In this document: piece after piece, positions 62,722 to 64,000 of the stretch | Layout: each line of letters begins with the position of its first letter | How positions within the stretch are numbered: position 1 is the stretch's first letter | Origin: Terriglobia bacterium | GTDB taxonomy: Bacteria; Acidobacteriota; Terriglobia; 20CM-2-55-15 | NCBI GenBank assembly: GCA_965218585.1 | Contig: CBDCLE010000007.1 | Span: forward strand, 1 to 64,000 | DNA length: 64,000 bases | Direction of reading: 5' to 3' | Notes under the pieces: generated by a model | Seen by the model: only the letters and a program-made list of their open reading frames with translations | What the model was told of the DNA's origin: nothing | The model's database searches: none | Program-made: the position numbers and the translations under genes

Positions 62722-64000
62722 CTAGTGCAGTCGGTCTGGGAAAGGCAGACCGACTGCACGTTTCACTTCCGCCAGCTCCTGGGCTGCACCTTCCGGTGGG
62801 TTCGTCAAGAGGCTGACGACTACAGTAGCTGCGAACCCGGCCAGAAATCCTGGGATCATTTCATAGAGGTCGTACGTCATCGACTTCAGCGACACCACCC
62901 ACACCATTGCGGCGACAAATCCGGCAACCATTCCGGCAACGGCCCCTGCCTTCGTCGTCCGCTTCCAGAACAGAGCACACAATATGACCGGCGTGAACGC
63001 CGACGCCAGGCCCGCCCAGGCGAAGAGAACAAAATAGAAAATGACCCGGACTTCGCCCAGAGCGAAACCGACGGCCAGAAGACCGATCACGACAGTTGTG
63101 ACCTTGCCGATCGTCGATATCTGGACGGGGGTCAGCCGGGGTCTGTAGATCCTTCTGGATGATGTCCCGGGCGATTACTGATGAAGCAAGCAGGACCAGC
63201 GAATCAACAGTGGACATCGAGGCCGCCAGGACGATGACGAGGAAGATGCCGGTGAAAACGGCAGGGAAGAGCTCCGTCGTCATGACGGGCAGAATCGTCT
63301 CGGGGTCGGCGAGTCCGGGGAAAACAGCCCGGCCCGCCATTCCAGCGAAAACCGCACCGAGGTCGAAGACAATCACCGCGATCACGGCGATCAGCCCCCC
63401 ATCGACGATGTCTCGCTGGCTCCGGGCAGACATGAAACGCACCAGGAGTTGGGGCGCTCCCAGGAAAGCAAAGCCGATTGCGACGAAACTGATCACGCTG
63501 ATGACGCCCGGGAGAGTCAGACCGAACGTGCCCATCGGTGCAAGAAGCGCGGGATCCTCGGCGCGAAGTACGGTCATCGTCTCGCTCCACCCGCCGGCTG
63601 CCCCCAGACCCACGAACGGGAGGACCAGCAGACCCAGAAACATCAGGACGCCCTGCAGAAGGTCGCTATAAGCGACCGCCTGGAGGCCGCCCACAGCGGT
63701 ATAGAACAAGATAATCGCGGCTGCGATGAGAATTCCGGTGACTCTCTCGAAGTTCAGAAAAGAGTTGAACGCAGTACCCAGGGCGTTGAATTGAGCGGCC
63801 GTGTAGGCCGTCACCATACTGAAGATGATGATCAGGCTGACCCATCTGAAAATGTGGGTTGTATCTTTGAATCTGGATTCAAGGAAATCGGGGACCGTGA
63901 CCGAGTCATACCGGTCTGTGTATTCCTTGAAACGGGATGCCACCCACACCCACCCGAGTGTCACTCCCAGGACTTCTCCAAAGACGATCCACAGTGCATG
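62722..64000 (-). CDS. Sodium:solute (proline-like) symporter, 5'-partial, +1 frameshift at about 63151
   Basis: YT.VGG..AV.YSD..QG, G.PQ...RFM, AASMSTVDS, AWAGL..AF.P, LFWKRTT..GA.AGM, LYE..PGF. Confidence 0.85.

Overview
64 kb of a GC-rich bacterial chromosome, most likely Acidobacteriota. This rests on the 16S 5' end and on Acidobacteria-type TonB receptor and DUF6152 genes; no database search was run. The core block is a minus-strand rRNA operon (16S-tRNA-Ile-tRNA-Ala-23S-5S) preceded by tilS-ftsH-folP-cdaA-cdaR-glmM, plus rnr and two more tRNAs. The accessory arms hold: (1) an iodothyronine-deiodinase-like gene whose two ORF halves join in frame through a UGA in a GSYT-U-PPF motif followed by a SECIS-like hairpin, i.e. 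a hidden selenoprotein; (2) a reductive-dehalogenase-like protein with N-terminal membrane helices; (3) an Fpg/Nei glycosylase gene split by three independent IS insertions (IS256, IS1380 and an unusual TG..CA element), the last containing a nested cargo-carrying IS1-like element, which reconstructs to an intact 304-aa frame; (4) an IS1595 cargo element with an internal inversion, inserted between a gene and its RBS; (5) seven members of an uncharacterised secreted protein family linked to DUF6152, a Tat amidohydrolase, an MBL hydrolase and a TonB-dependent receptor; (6) F420 genes, an IS5, an IS1380-type MITE, several REP-like palindromes and three +1 frameshifts that may be sequencing errors.
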